From contig CDROCS010000410.1 of assembly GCA_977020255.1 (NCBI GenBank), positions 496,001-560,000 on the forward strand: 64,000 nt of DNA. The letters run 5' to 3'. Shown here in pieces: positions 20,737 to 31,518 of the stretch. Within the stretch, counting starts at the first letter, position 1; every line of letters starts with the position of its first letter. The notes under the pieces were generated by a model, which worked only from the letters and a program-made list of their open reading frames with translations, was not told the DNA's origin and searched no databases. Origin of the DNA: Obrimoposthia wandeli. Taxonomy: Eukaryota. The translations under genes were made by a program, and so were the position numbers.

Positions 20737-22170
20737 CTAAGACAGCGACAATACACCCGTTGCTAATAGATAAATTGCACCGCCAGCACCGGCTAATAAC
20801 AGTGCTGAATAAACATAATCGCGCTTGCTAAATGTCTGTTGTTTTTCCGCCAATGCTTTTTTATAAATCAATACACCCGGTAAATACAACAGTGCACATA
20901 GCAGCATGTATTCAGCGCCTGCCGCATACACTAACCAAGCGCCGTAAAGCGATGAAACTAATGCAATAAACAAGTCTTTCTTACGGCTTTCAGTAGCACC
21001 GTAGCCTTCACCACTTAACGCCACTTTCACGCCATAGGCGCCAACAAGGAAGTAAGGTAATAATACCGCTGACGTCGCAATGTTTACCAAGGCAAGGTAC
21101 GAGCTTTCTTGGATCAGCGTTAAGATTAAAAACAGCTGCACCATACAAGACGAGAACCATAATGATGTCGTTGCCGCGCCTTTACTGTTTTCTGCCGCAA
21201 ATGCTTTCGGGAACAAACCTTCTTTAGCCGCGATAAAAGGCACTTCAGCGCTTACCACTGTCCAGCTTAATAACGCACCTGATACCGACACAATCAAACC
21301 GGCATTAATCAACATTGCGCCCCAAGGACCGACGATCACTTCTAAAATACTCGCCATTGAGGGATTTTGTAATGCAGCTACTTCTGGTTGAGTCATCACA
21401 CCTAAAGTGAATAAGCTCACCGCGATATACAATATTAACGCCGAGAACAAGGCAATACCCGTGGCTTTCGCTACATCGCGTTTGTCTTTCGCACGGTTAG
21501 ATAGAATGACCGCGCCTTCGATACCGATAAACACCCATAATGTCACCATCATGGTTGCTTTAACTTGCTCTAATACCGAACCTAATTCAGGAGTCTTATC
21601 GCCCCAGAAATCAAGGGTAAACTTGTCGATTTTAAACGCCATGATAACTAAACAAACGAAGGTCAAAATAGGAATGATTTTAGCGATGGTTGCGAATACA
21701 TTAATCAAGGCTGCGCGGGTCACACCACGTAATACCAAGGCATGCATGAACCAAATGAGTAACGAACCGCCTAATACTGCAATCGGCGTATTACCCTGCC
21801 CCATCATCGGGTTTTCAGGGGTATCGACAAAGTAACCAATCGCACTAAAGAACACCACAGCATAAGATACATTAGCTAATAAGTTACAGATCCAATAACC
21901 CCAAGCCGACATAAAACCGATGTAGTTACCAAAACCCGCTTGAGCGTACGAAAAAATACCACCGTTCAAATTAGGGAATCTCACCACTAAATTGCGTAAT
22001 ACAGTGACTAATGCCAGCATGCCACAACCAGTAATCAACCAGCCTAACGTGATTGCGCCAGGGGCTGCTGATACAGCGACATTTTGCGGTAGACTGAAGA
22101 TGCCAGCACCGACCATAGTACTGAATACCAAGGCGACTAACATGCCGAGTCCGAGTTTATTTTCCATCAA
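20737..22170 (-). CDS. APC-family basic amino acid/polyamine antiporter (ArcD-like)
   Basis: GAGIFSLP, WVFIGIEGA, about 12 TM segments. Substrate not determined. Confidence 0.85.
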   Translation of the reverse strand: MMENKLGLGMLVALVFSTMVGAGIFSLPQNVAVSAAPGAITLGWLITGCGMLALVTVLRNLVVRFPNLNGGIFSYAQAGFGNYIGFMSAWGYWICNLLANVSYAVVFFSAIGYFVDTPENPMMGQGNTPIAVLGGSLLIWFMHALVLRGVTRAALINVFATIAKIIPILTFVCLVIMAFKIDKFTLDFWGDKTPELGSVLEQVKATMMVTLWVFIGIEGAVILSNRAKDKRDVAKATGIALFSALILYIAVSLFTLGVMTQPEVAALQNPSMASILEVIVGPWGAMLINAGLIVSVSGALLSWTVVSAEVPFIAAKEGLFPKAFAAENSKGAATTSLWFSSCMVQLFLILTLIQESSYLALVNIATSAVLLPYFLVGAYGVKVALSGEGYGATESRKKDLFIALVSSLYGAWLVYAAGAEYMLLCALLYLPGVLIYKKALAEKQQTFSKRDYVYSALLLAGAGGAIYLLATGVLSLS

Positions 22171-22274
22171 TAATTCCTAATAAAGACCGAGATCCGACAC
22201 AATACGCCAGTAATAGTCTTATTTTCGTTAGTTAATATAATATGATTTAGCGAATTGTATTATATTATTTTATA

Positions 22275-22313
22275 TATGCAAGAATATTCACTTAATTTGC
22301 ATAAATCCAGACA
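22275..22313. promoter_or_regulatory. Possible tandem ARG boxes (ArgR) upstream of the antiporter
   Basis: TGCAA-GAAT-ATTCA at 22277-22290; a second, half-matching box (TGCAT at 22298) starts 3 bp after the first 18-mer, the usual ArgR spacing. Confidence 0.4.
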
Positions 22314-22436
22314 AGTGAGCAAGATTGCCGATAATGTGACCATAACTAAGCATCGCCCTATTAAACTTATCTTTTTTCCTTACATCTTGGCCTTCATTCA
22401 GTTAAAATATGGGGTTCGATTTCTTGCATAATAATA

Positions 22437-25400
22437 ATGATGATGACTGATTCTTCACAACAATATCTATGTCGCAAAACCTACCTTATTGATAGCTTTT
22501 GGCCTGGTAAATTACTCGAATTAAATAACGCGGGTAATATCAAGGTTGCAGGTACTAATGGTGCGGGTAAAACAACGTTACTTAAACTGCCTATGCTGTT
22601 TTGGGGGGCTCGACCTGGGCGTATTGTTGAGCGTAACGCGAACAAGAAATCATTTGCTGCTTATTATTTACCACGTAAAACCAGCTACATCGTGTTTGAC
22701 TATCAGCGTCCGAACGGTACTGACACACCACAATTGTGTCATGTATTAATTAAGAGTGATGGCGACAAGCTGCTGTATCGTTTTATTGATAGCCCATTCG
22801 ATATCAAGATGTACCTAGATGATAACGGCAACATCTTCGCTGATGACGAGATTAAGCGTCAATATAAAGCCCAGCATAAATGCGAAGTGAGTAGCCTGTT
22901 AAGTGTCGATGACTATGCAAGAGTCATTCAAAACCACCGCGACCTTGGCGGCAAGAAATCACTGCGCCCACTACAACAACGTTTTTCAATGAGCCAATCA
23001 CCGATTAAGCACATTGAAAAAGTAGTGACGTCAGTATTCAACAAAATATCTAATTTCGACGTGATCAAACAAATGATCATCGAGATCTCGCAAGATGCCA
23101 TCAGCTCAGAAATGCTCAGCAACAATGTTACCGATATGGTCAACATTGATAAAACCGACATTGATAGCTGGTTAGCGGATCTGCATTCATCACAAGCTAT
23201 TCTTAATTTAGAAGATAAGATCTTATCGTCATTAACTGACATTGACTCACTGATTGAAATCAAAGCCGATCTGCAGCATTTGCATCACCTTGCTGCACTC
23301 TATCAAGACAAGTGTAATCAAGATCAAGTGATCGCTGACACCCGTTTAAAAGACGTGCTAGTCGAACTTGCTGAATTAAAAGAAAACCACAGACAACAAG
23401 TCTTATCGATTGAAGATGCTTGTCACGATGAAGAAAAAGCGCACCGTGAAATTAAGCACGATTTAGATAAGTTAGAACAAGAAAAGATTGATTTTGAAGA
23501 TGATGAAGCAGCGACTTATCAACAACGTGGTTCTGAGCTGTCTGATTTTACCTTACGTTTAATCAATCTAAACAATGAAAAAACCCAGTTAAGTGAAAAG
23601 TCTGCCGATCTAAGCCGCACGTTTACAGAACAACAGCAGCAACAAGAACTTGAATTTAACAAACGCGAACAACAACTGACTAACGAAATTAGCTCTCAAC
23701 AGCAGCAATTAACCAACGCATTAAGCGAAAGTAACCTGCATTACGCGACGCTAGATAGTCAGTTAAAAACAGAAACTCAAGCCTTGATTGATCAGTTAAC
23801 GGAAAAGAAAACACCGTTAGAACACGCTAAGATCTCGCTTAACCTGCAACTTGCACAACCGCAGCTTGATCCGACACTGACACTACAATCACAACAGTTA
23901 CAACAGAATTTAAGCCAATGCCGCCGTAATATTAACGAGCGTCAGGAAGCCTATAACCGCATTGGTAATGAATCACAAAGCCTACGCCAAAAACAGCATC
24001 AAGCATTGCAAACCAATGACCGTTTAAAAATTGAATTAAACCACTTGGCCCAGCAGCACCGTGATGTGCAAGCATTATTAAGCCCAGAGAAAGGTTCTTT
24101 ACATGCCTTCTTGGTTGAACATGTGCCAAATTGGCAAGCGAATATCGGCCGTGTGATTAACCCTGAGTTACTCAAGCACCTGCACCTTGAACCTGAGTTA
24201 TTAGCCGCCTTTGCTGACGCTGCAAAAAATGGCGTGTCAGAAACAGCGCTCACTCAAATTCAAGATTTCTATGGCATCAAGATCAACCTTAACGCCCTAG
24301 AAAATGCATCATTTACCGACAGTGCATTAGCGGAAAAAGAACAGCATATTTCAACCCAAATCGGCGCGAAGAAAACAGAACTTGAGCAACTGCAAAAAGC
24401 CCTTGAGCAGCTAAACAAACAAGTTGAAGAGCTTGATAAACAGTTAATGTCGAGCAAGCAATTATTGTTCAAACAGAACCAATTGCTGACCGGTCTAGTC
24501 AATGAAGAAGATGAGTTAGTCGGCAAGCTAGAGCAACACAAGACCTTAGCGATTGCCCGTATTCAGACTGAATTAGCTGAAACTGAGTTATTGCTAGATC
24601 AAGCACAACAAGCATTAAGCCAAGCTAAAGTTGATTATCAAAGCCGTCACAACGAGCTGAACAACGAACGTTTAGGCGTGCATTGCCAGTTAGAGACAGA
24701 CTTCAATCAACGTATTGATAGCTATCAAACATCGCTAAACAATTTACGTGATGATGCACAAATTGAAATGCAACGTATCGCAGATGCCCTGCAAGCGGCA
24801 TTAAGTGACGCTGGTATTAATGCTAGTATCTTTAACGCCCTAGCAGCGAAAATCAAGCAAACTACCCAAGCTGTTGAGAATGCTAAAATATTCCAACAAA
24901 AAGCAGACAAATATAACAGCTGGTTAGAAACGTCATGGTCACAAGTTGAACCAGGTCGTGAGCGCTTACGTCGTTTAGATACCGCGATACACGGTTTCCA
25001 GCAGCAGTTAAAAGATAAAAAGCAAAACTATCAGCAATCAACTGACAAGTTAGAACAAGAGAAAACTCAGCTTGATAAACAAGTAAGCGATTTAGTATTA
25101 CAATTAAAAGGCTTAGATAACAGCCTCGTAAAACTAGCCGATTACCCTGCTGTGGCTAACGATGATTTACCAGAATACAGCGTTAACAATATCTCTAAAT
25201 TAACCAACAGTCAGATGAGCCTGTTAGGTAAACAGCAAAGCAATGTATTAAGCGCAGTGAGTAAAATCAGCAGCGAGTTAAAACGTTACTCGAAAAGCAC
25301 ACTGCAAACAGGTTGGTTAGAAAACCGCATCGAAAGTGATTCAGAACTGGTTAACTACCGTTTAGAAGAAGCGATTAACAGCGGCGAACAGCTAAGCTAC

Positions 25401-26255
25401 GTGCTGAAAAATGCTAAGTTATTACAAACATCGACCACACATGAAGTTGAACTGCGTGCGAACGATATCTTGTCTATCTATACCCATTTAAGTAACTTTG
25501 ATCGCAACATTACCCGTACTGGTCGTAAACTGTCTAGCCACATGAATGGTAAACAGTTCTTTACTGCCTTGGGTGATATTAAGATTGCTATCCGCACCAA
25601 GATGGACAAGTTAGGTTATTGGCAGCAGCTGGAAAATGTCAACGAGGCATTTGAAGCATACCAAGCCAATACGTCACTAACGCACGATCGCAGTATTCCC
25701 CAAGACTTGATCGACAGCTTAGATGAGCTGTCAGCGGTATTGCCGAAAAATAACAGCATGCAACATAATGAGCTGTTTGATATCGAATTCACTATTGTTG
25801 AAAACGGTCGTACGACCCGTGCTACCACACCGAAAGAATTAGAAGATGTATCATCAACCGGTTTATCTTACTTAGCCTTAATCACCTTCTTTACTGGTTT
25901 AACAACGATGTTACGCCCAGACGAGAGCACAGTGATCACTTGGCCTGTAGATGAATTAGGTGAGCTGCATTCTGAAAACATTCAAGCCATGTTGGATATG
26001 TTAAACCAACACGGTATTCAGATCATGACCGCATCACCGTCAACCGATAAGTCGGTATTACAGTTATTCGATCACTTATACGAGATTGATAGCCGTAACA
26101 AGCGTCTGATCCAAATGAATGTCGATGATGATCCATTAATGGCATTGCTCAATGGTGATGCGAAGCAAGCACTCATCGCTGACTCGAGCATTACGTCATC
26201 AGTAACAACGCCAGTAAACACAGCGTCAGCAACAACTATGCAAGAAGAGGTTTAA
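22437..26255 (+). CDS. SMC-like ATPase (MksB/JetC-like)
   Basis: Walker A GTNGAGKT near the N-terminus, about 900 aa of Q/E/L/K coiled coil, C-terminal SSTGLS signature and WPVDELGEL Walker B/D-loop. Confidence 0.85.
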   Translation: MMMTDSSQQYLCRKTYLIDSFWPGKLLELNNAGNIKVAGTNGAGKTTLLKLPMLFWGARPGRIVERNANKKSFAAYYLPRKTSYIVFDYQRPNGTDTPQLCHVLIKSDGDKLLYRFIDSPFDIKMYLDDNGNIFADDEIKRQYKAQHKCEVSSLLSVDDYARVIQNHRDLGGKKSLRPLQQRFSMSQSPIKHIEKVVTSVFNKISNFDVIKQMIIEISQDAISSEMLSNNVTDMVNIDKTDIDSWLADLHSSQAILNLEDKILSSLTDIDSLIEIKADLQHLHHLAALYQDKCNQDQVIADTRLKDVLVELAELKENHRQQVLSIEDACHDEEKAHREIKHDLDKLEQEKIDFEDDEAATYQQRGSELSDFTLRLINLNNEKTQLSEKSADLSRTFTEQQQQQELEFNKREQQLTNEISSQQQQLTNALSESNLHYATLDSQLKTETQALIDQLTEKKTPLEHAKISLNLQLAQPQLDPTLTLQSQQLQQNLSQCRRNINERQEAYNRIGNESQSLRQKQHQALQTNDRLKIELNHLAQQHRDVQALLSPEKGSLHAFLVEHVPNWQANIGRVINPELLKHLHLEPELLAAFADAAKNGVSETALTQIQDFYGIKINLNALENASFTDSALAEKEQHISTQIGAKKTELEQLQKALEQLNKQVEELDKQLMSSKQLLFKQNQLLTGLVNEEDELVGKLEQHKTLAIARIQTELAETELLLDQAQQALSQAKVDYQSRHNELNNERLGVHCQLETDFNQRIDSYQTSLNNLRDDAQIEMQRIADALQAALSDAGINASIFNALAAKIKQTTQAVENAKIFQQKADKYNSWLETSWSQVEPGRERLRRLDTAIHGFQQQLKDKKQNYQQSTDKLEQEKTQLDKQVSDLVLQLKGLDNSLVKLADYPAVANDDLPEYSVNNISKLTNSQMSLLGKQQSNVLSAVSKISSELKRYSKSTLQTGWLENRIESDSELVNYRLEEAINSGEQLSYVLKNAKLLQTSTTHEVELRANDILSIYTHLSNFDRNITRTGRKLSSHMNGKQFFTALGDIKIAIRTKMDKLGYWQQLENVNEAFEAYQANTSLTHDRSIPQDLIDSLDELSAVLPKNNSMQHNELFDIEFTIVENGRTTRATTPKELEDVSSTGLSYLALITFFTGLTTMLRPDESTVITWPVDELGELHSENIQAMLDMLNQHGIQIMTASPSTDKSVLQLFDHLYEIDSRNKRLIQMNVDDDPLMALLNGDAKQALIADSSITSSVTTPVNTASATTMQEEV

Positions 26256-26258
26256 CCC

Positions 26259-26891
26259 ATGTTTCAAACTACCGTTGAATTATTGTTACAGGGTCATACC
26301 ATTTGTCAGGTTAGTCGACCTGATGCTTATCGCTACCTGTCTGAGCAAAGCTTGTTTGAAAAGGTAAATGATTACCTGCGGTTGATTAACCGTAAAGTCA
26401 AAGTCATTGAAGATGGCCTTGCTTTTGTTGCTTGTTATTGCACGATTGAAGAAGAAAACCGCGCGGATATTCGTCAACAATTACGTCAAGTACGTGACAT
26501 TTTCCGTCCATTGGTTAACTTCTTAGACTTGGCAATGACAGCTCTAGTACACGACTGTGCAATGCGCGCTGGCGATACGATTCGCTTGTCTGAGTTATTA
26601 CGTGGTATTGAAAACGAGCCAACGTTAAAGCAACAATTGGCGCTATTAACCAATAAAGGTATTTTCAAAACCAGCCGTAACGACATTTCTGAACAGCTTA
26701 ACTTCATCCTTAAAAAACTCGATGAAGCAGGTTACGTACAACGCCTTGATACCGGCAGTACCATTTATCAGATCACGGCTAAGATGAACTACATTCACGA
26801 ATTAATTGATTTTATTAATGACAGTGAATCGTTGAAACTCGAAAAACAAGATAACAATATCTTCGATGACTCACAGTCGGAGATGTTCTAA
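26259..26891 (+). CDS. Putative kite subunit (MksE/JetB-like)
   Basis: 210 aa, 3 bp after the SMC stop. Size, position and the C-terminal KKLDEAGYVQR helix fit a winged-helix kite; the assignment is inferred. Confidence 0.6.
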   Translation: MFQTTVELLLQGHTICQVSRPDAYRYLSEQSLFEKVNDYLRLINRKVKVIEDGLAFVACYCTIEEENRADIRQQLRQVRDIFRPLVNFLDLAMTALVHDCAMRAGDTIRLSELLRGIENEPTLKQQLALLTNKGIFKTSRNDISEQLNFILKKLDEAGYVQRLDTGSTIYQITAKMNYIHELIDFINDSESLKLEKQDNNIFDDSQSEMF

Positions 26892-28165
26892 TGTCACAGC
26901 AGCAAAGCGCTTCTGAAGTCGAAAAAATTGCCCAGATAATCCGTAGCTCGTTTGCTAAATCAAACAGTACGATGTTGGCGCAAGCGTATTTCGATGGCAA
27001 TGTGATGGATGATGGTGAAAACACAGCATTATTAGAAATGCTCACCAAAAATGGTCTGATCCGCCCAAGTGAAGAAGATGGCACTTACATGCTTGCCATC
27101 AATTTAAAGCGTATTTTAGACAAGTTATTATTACGTCATGCGTCTTATCGCAAACGTACCGATATCGCTAAAGTCATGCAACACATCGACGGTGATATCA
27201 AATCCTATAAACGTGCGTTATTAATTGGCCAACACAATGAAGTTGCCTTCTATTTAAGCCAAGTGGACGAAGAGCTTTACGGCATTGTTTACGAGTTAGA
27301 AGACAGTGTTAGCGGTTTGTTCGCTGCCATCACCAGTAAATTTGGTTTTGTTGATAGTCTAGAAAGCAAAATTCATGAGAATGAAAAAGCCATCGCTTAT
27401 ACCGAAGGCCTGCTTAACGCATTAGCGGATATTAATCTTAACGATGTTTATGCCTGGTTAGATTGGGATGATGTCCCTGCAGAATTAAGCCGTAAAGTGA
27501 CCTTCTTTATTGATGGTTACCGTCGTATTAACCGTCAGTTAGAAGGCGCTGTTCACCGTATGCGTCAGTTGTTAATGACGCTGCGTAAACAAAATGAACA
27601 AGTTGCGCGTCTCAAAGCTATGTCTAAGTACCTCAAAGACAATCCGATTTGGGAAATAGACGGTTACGATGAGCGTGAGCACATACCAAGTATCTTCAAC
27701 CGCGTAGCCCCTTTACCGTTATCAGCCAGTGTTGATATTAGTAATCAGGTACAGCAAGAAGAACTCACCGATATTTATAACTCGTTGCGCCAAGAAACTA
27801 AGTCAGACGCTGAAACCGTTGATTTACGTAGTAGTGGTCGTATTGATGACTTGCAACAAAAGGCCCGTGAACTCGAAGCCGATTATGTATTGTCGCAATG
27901 TGAAGCGTTATTTAAACAAGTATTAAGCAATAAAGGCGATAGTTTCTCTGCCCTGCACTATTGGCAGCAAGACGGTCAGCTCACTGACATTTTACCTCAG
28001 CATTTATGGCTGAGTATCCTGTATAACGAATATCACAAGTGTGCCCCAGCGGTACGTAAAGTCATGGCCATCGATTTCCCTGATGCCTTAATGACAGATA
28101 TACCGGGGTCGATATTAGTCTCAGGTAATTTACGTGTGAGTGATATTCAACTACAACGCGCTTAA
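26891..28165 (+). CDS. Putative kleisin subunit (MksF/JetA-like)
   Basis: 424 aa, TAATG-coupled to the previous gene; N-terminal wHTH-like segment (LLEMLTKNGLIR) then helical. The assignment is inferred. Confidence 0.55.
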   Translation: MSQQQSASEVEKIAQIIRSSFAKSNSTMLAQAYFDGNVMDDGENTALLEMLTKNGLIRPSEEDGTYMLAINLKRILDKLLLRHASYRKRTDIAKVMQHIDGDIKSYKRALLIGQHNEVAFYLSQVDEELYGIVYELEDSVSGLFAAITSKFGFVDSLESKIHENEKAIAYTEGLLNALADINLNDVYAWLDWDDVPAELSRKVTFFIDGYRRINRQLEGAVHRMRQLLMTLRKQNEQVARLKAMSKYLKDNPIWEIDGYDEREHIPSIFNRVAPLPLSASVDISNQVQQEELTDIYNSLRQETKSDAETVDLRSSGRIDDLQQKARELEADYVLSQCEALFKQVLSNKGDSFSALHYWQQDGQLTDILPQHLWLSILYNEYHKCAPAVRKVMAIDFPDALMTDIPGSILVSGNLRVSDIQLQRA

Positions 28166-28192
28166 TCCCTTCTAAACAGGTACCAATTATCC

Positions 28193-28948
28193 ATGTTTGA
28201 ACTTAAAAAAATAATTGGTACTTGGCTAATGCCACTGCCATTCCTGCTAACCCTTTTTATTCTTGCGGCACTATTATATAAACTCACCCGTTATAAACGC
28301 AGTGGTCAAATCCTATTTTGTAGTAGTTTTATTACATTATTGCTATTAAGCCTAGATCCGGTTGCTACGCGTTTAGCTGCTACATTAGAGTCTCAGTACC
28401 CAAGTTATCAGCATCAAACTGTCGATTATATCCACGTATTGGGCAATGGTCACACGACTGTAGACAGCTTGCCAATCACCAGTCAACTTAGTCCAGCTGC
28501 CCTTGCCAGAACCACTGAAGGCGTACGGATTTATAAACTGAACCCCACGGCCAAGTTAATTTTCAGTGGTTATGCTAGCGGTGATATCAACAGTAATGCC
28601 AAGATGAATGCGCGCTTAGCAATGGCATTAGGGGTGCCTAAATCAGCCATTATATTATTAGAATCTCCTCGTGACACTATCGAGGAAGCTATTGAAAATA
28701 AAAACATTACTAAGGGTAAATCGCTTGTATTAGTTACCTCGGCTACCCACATGCCGCGGGCAATGAAAATATTCCAGCAACAAGGTCTATCCCCTATCCC
28801 GGCTCCGACTGCGCATGTCAGTAAAACTCGCACAGGGATACAACCATTACACTATTATTTCCCGCGAGCGAATCACTTAGCCGTGAGTGAAAGAGCTATC
28901 CATGAATGGTTAGGACTAGCTTGGTTGTCGTTAAAAAATAACCAATAG
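28193..28948 (+). CDS. elyC: Envelope biogenesis factor ElyC (DUF218)
   Basis: N-terminal TMs, IHVLGNG, LIFSG, RDTIEEA, LVTSATHMPRA, HEWLG. Confidence 0.88.
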   Translation: MFELKKIIGTWLMPLPFLLTLFILAALLYKLTRYKRSGQILFCSSFITLLLLSLDPVATRLAATLESQYPSYQHQTVDYIHVLGNGHTTVDSLPITSQLSPAALARTTEGVRIYKLNPTAKLIFSGYASGDINSNAKMNARLAMALGVPKSAIILLESPRDTIEEAIENKNITKGKSLVLVTSATHMPRAMKIFQQQGLSPIPAPTAHVSKTRTGIQPLHYYFPRANHLAVSERAIHEWLGLAWLSLKNNQ

Positions 28949-29181
28949 AACCGACATTCTGTAATTACTCGAAAAATCCCTCAACAATTGTGTATGTAAA
29001 CGTGGGGCAAGTCACAGTTACTGCATTTTATGTAGTTTTATTACCAAAAATTGTCTTATGACAACTTGCCCTAGCGCTAGATGACTCTATAATAATCTCA
29101 TGTTCTTAATTAAAGTCGCTTTGACATAATGTCAGCACTTAGATTAATGAAAAATAGCTTTAAACCATATCGGAGATAGAC

Positions 29182-29937
29182 ATGAGACAAGCACTAGTAA
29201 TGGGTAACTGGAAATTAAACGCAACTAAAGCATCTGTAGAAGCATTAGTTAACGGTTTAGTTGATGCGGCAAAAGAAAATGCAACTGTTGAAGTTGCAGT
29301 ATGCCCTCCTGCTGTTTTTATCCCACAAGTTGAAGCATTAACTGCTGACACTGCAATTACATACGGCGCACAAGATTGTGACGTTAACATTGCAGGCGCA
29401 TTCACTGGTGAAAACTCAGCAGTAATGTTAAAAGAATTTGGCTGTAAATACACACTTGTTGGTCACAGCGAACGTCGTGTTATCCACGGTGAATCAAGCG
29501 AAGTTGTTGCAGAAAAATTTGCTGTTGCACAAGAAAACGGTCTAGTACCAGTTCTTTGTATCGGTGAAACACTAGAGCAATTCGAAGCTGGCGACACTAA
29601 AGCAGTTGTTGAAGCACAACTTCAAGCAGTTGTTACTAAGTCTGGTATCACATCACTAAACAATGCAGTAATTGCATACGAACCTGTTTGGGCTATCGGT
29701 ACTGGTAAAACAGCAACACCTGAAATTGCACAAGACATTCATGCACACATCCGTTCATGGGTTGCTGAGCAAGATGCTGCTGTAGCAAACAAAGTTCAAA
29801 TCCTTTACGGCGGTTCTGTTAAAGGCGCTAACGCTGCTGAATTATTCGGTCAAGCAGACATTGATGGCGGCCTAGTTGGCGGCGCTTCACTAGACGCTGT
29901 TGAATTTTCTAAAGTTATCGCTGGTGCATCTGCATAA
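29182..29937 (+). CDS. tpiA: Triosephosphate isomerase
   Basis: GNWKLN, GHSERR, AYEPVWAIGTG, YGGSV, LVGGASL. Confidence 0.99.
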   Translation: MRQALVMGNWKLNATKASVEALVNGLVDAAKENATVEVAVCPPAVFIPQVEALTADTAITYGAQDCDVNIAGAFTGENSAVMLKEFGCKYTLVGHSERRVIHGESSEVVAEKFAVAQENGLVPVLCIGETLEQFEAGDTKAVVEAQLQAVVTKSGITSLNNAVIAYEPVWAIGTGKTATPEIAQDIHAHIRSWVAEQDAAVANKVQILYGGSVKGANAAELFGQADIDGGLVGGASLDAVEFSKVIAGASA

Positions 29938-30120
29938 TAGCCGATCAAAAGCTAATGTAGAGAGAATATCTGCTCTGCATTAGTGCTAAAAAGTGTAGTA
30001 ATGCTGATTACTCAGTCGTTACGTATTACTGCACTCCTTTCTTATTAAACTTATATTTTAAAAAATAAAACAGCGCCAAGGCATTATTTTGTTTAATGAG
30101 TAATAGTTTCATATGAAAGC

Positions 30121-30134
30121 GTGATTAATATCAC
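30121..30134. promoter_or_regulatory. Palindromic operator-like site upstream of pfkA
   Basis: GTGAT-TAAT-ATCAC, resembling FNR-type TTGAT-N4-ATCAA (8/10). Factor unknown. Confidence 0.3.
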
Positions 30135-30347
30135 TTTAGTAATAAAATAAGTCATAAAGACACAGAAAATAATGACAGACCTAGTTATAATAACTAAATA
30201 GAATATAGCAGTAATAGATAAACTATAAATGGTGTACTAAGCATACAAACAATCGTGCCATCACCTACTGCGATGTACTCTACCCGATAGGGTCAGTACT
30301 TTAACCCAATAAATAAAGTATCATCGATTGATATATTTGAGGCTTCA

Positions 30348-31310
30348 ATGATTAAAAGAATAGGTGTTTTAACAAGTGGTGGTGATGCACCAGGCATGAA
30401 CGCAGCAATCCGAGCAGTTGTACGTGAAGGCTTACATCTTGGCTTAGAAGTTTATGGTATTTACGATGGTTATGCTGGCTTACACGCAGATCGCATCGAG
30501 AAACTAGATCGTAAATCTGTTTCTGATGTCATTAACCGTGGTGGTACTTTCTTAGGCTCTGCACGCTTCCCTGAATTTAAAGAACAAAGCGTTCGTGAAG
30601 AAGCAATCAAGAACCTGAAAAAACACGACATCGATGCACTTGTTGTTATCGGTGGTGACGGCTCTTATATGGGTGCGATGAAACTAACTGAAATGGGTTT
30701 CCCATGTATCGGTATTCCAGGCACTATTGATAACGATATCCCAGGTACGACTTATACGATTGGTTTTGATACTGCACTAAACATCGTTGTAGATGCGATT
30801 GACCGTTTACGTGACACATCAACATCGCACCAACGTATCTCGATTGTTGAAATCATGGGCCGTTACTGTGGTGATTTAACTATGGGCGCTGCGGTTGCCG
30901 GTGGTGCAGAATTCGTTGTAATTCCTGAAAAAGGCTACGATGAAGCTGACTTATTAGCACAGATCCAAGCTGGTATCGATAAAGGTAAAAAACATGCCAT
31001 TATTGCCATGTGTGAACATGTAACTGACGTTAACCAACTTGCGAAACATATTGAAGCAATTACAACACGTGAGACTCGTGCAACTGTGTTAGGTCATTTA
31101 CAACGCGGCGGTACACCAACTGCACGTGACCGTATCATGGCTAGCCGTATGGGTTCATACGCAGTTAAATTATTGCTAGAAGGTGAAGGCGGCCGTTGTG
31201 TTGGTCTAATGAACTCACAAATGGTTCACCACGACATCATCGATTGTATTACCAATATGAAACGTCCGTTTAACCAAGAGCTATTTGATCTGTCTGATTC
31301 ATTATTCTAA
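30348..31310 (+). CDS. pfkA: 6-phosphofructokinase
   Basis: [38 protein letters not shown]. Confidence 0.99.
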   Translation: MIKRIGVLTSGGDAPGMNAAIRAVVREGLHLGLEVYGIYDGYAGLHADRIEKLDRKSVSDVINRGGTFLGSARFPEFKEQSVREEAIKNLKKHDIDALVVIGGDGSYMGAMKLTEMGFPCIGIPGTIDNDIPGTTYTIGFDTALNIVVDAIDRLRDTSTSHQRISIVEIMGRYCGDLTMGAAVAGGAEFVVIPEKGYDEADLLAQIQAGIDKGKKHAIIAMCEHVTDVNQLAKHIEAITTRETRATVLGHLQRGGTPTARDRIMASRMGSYAVKLLLEGEGGRCVGLMNSQMVHHDIIDCITNMKRPFNQELFDLSDSLF

Positions 31311-31422
31311 GCACTAGGCTAAGTTCTATTTCTAAGTACTTTTTCTAAGTACTACTCTTAGCACTATTTCTGGAACTCTCAGCTTTAGAATAAGATGACG
31401 TTAGATTTAAAATGATTTGTAC

Positions 31423-31459
31423 AAAAAAGCGAAACCAACTTACATTGGTTTCGCTTTTT
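31423..31459. terminator. Bidirectional intrinsic terminator between pfkA and uvrB
   Basis: AAAAAGCGAAACCAA-loop-TTGGTTTCGCTTTTT. Confidence 0.85.
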
Positions 31460-31518
31460 GCTATTTATAAGAGGCTATCAACAAGCCCCTATCGCTACTG
31501 TGTACTAGCTCTTAACGA

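Noticed and set aside
22437-28165. Calling the SMC triplet Wadjet, Lamassu/DdmABC or SbcCD
   Set aside because: No JetD/Toprim, effector nuclease or SbcD phosphoesterase gene is adjacent, and no motif supports those assignments.
29001-29016. CRP-like CGTGG-N6-TCACA upstream of tpiA
   Set aside because: 8/10 match only, with no independent support.
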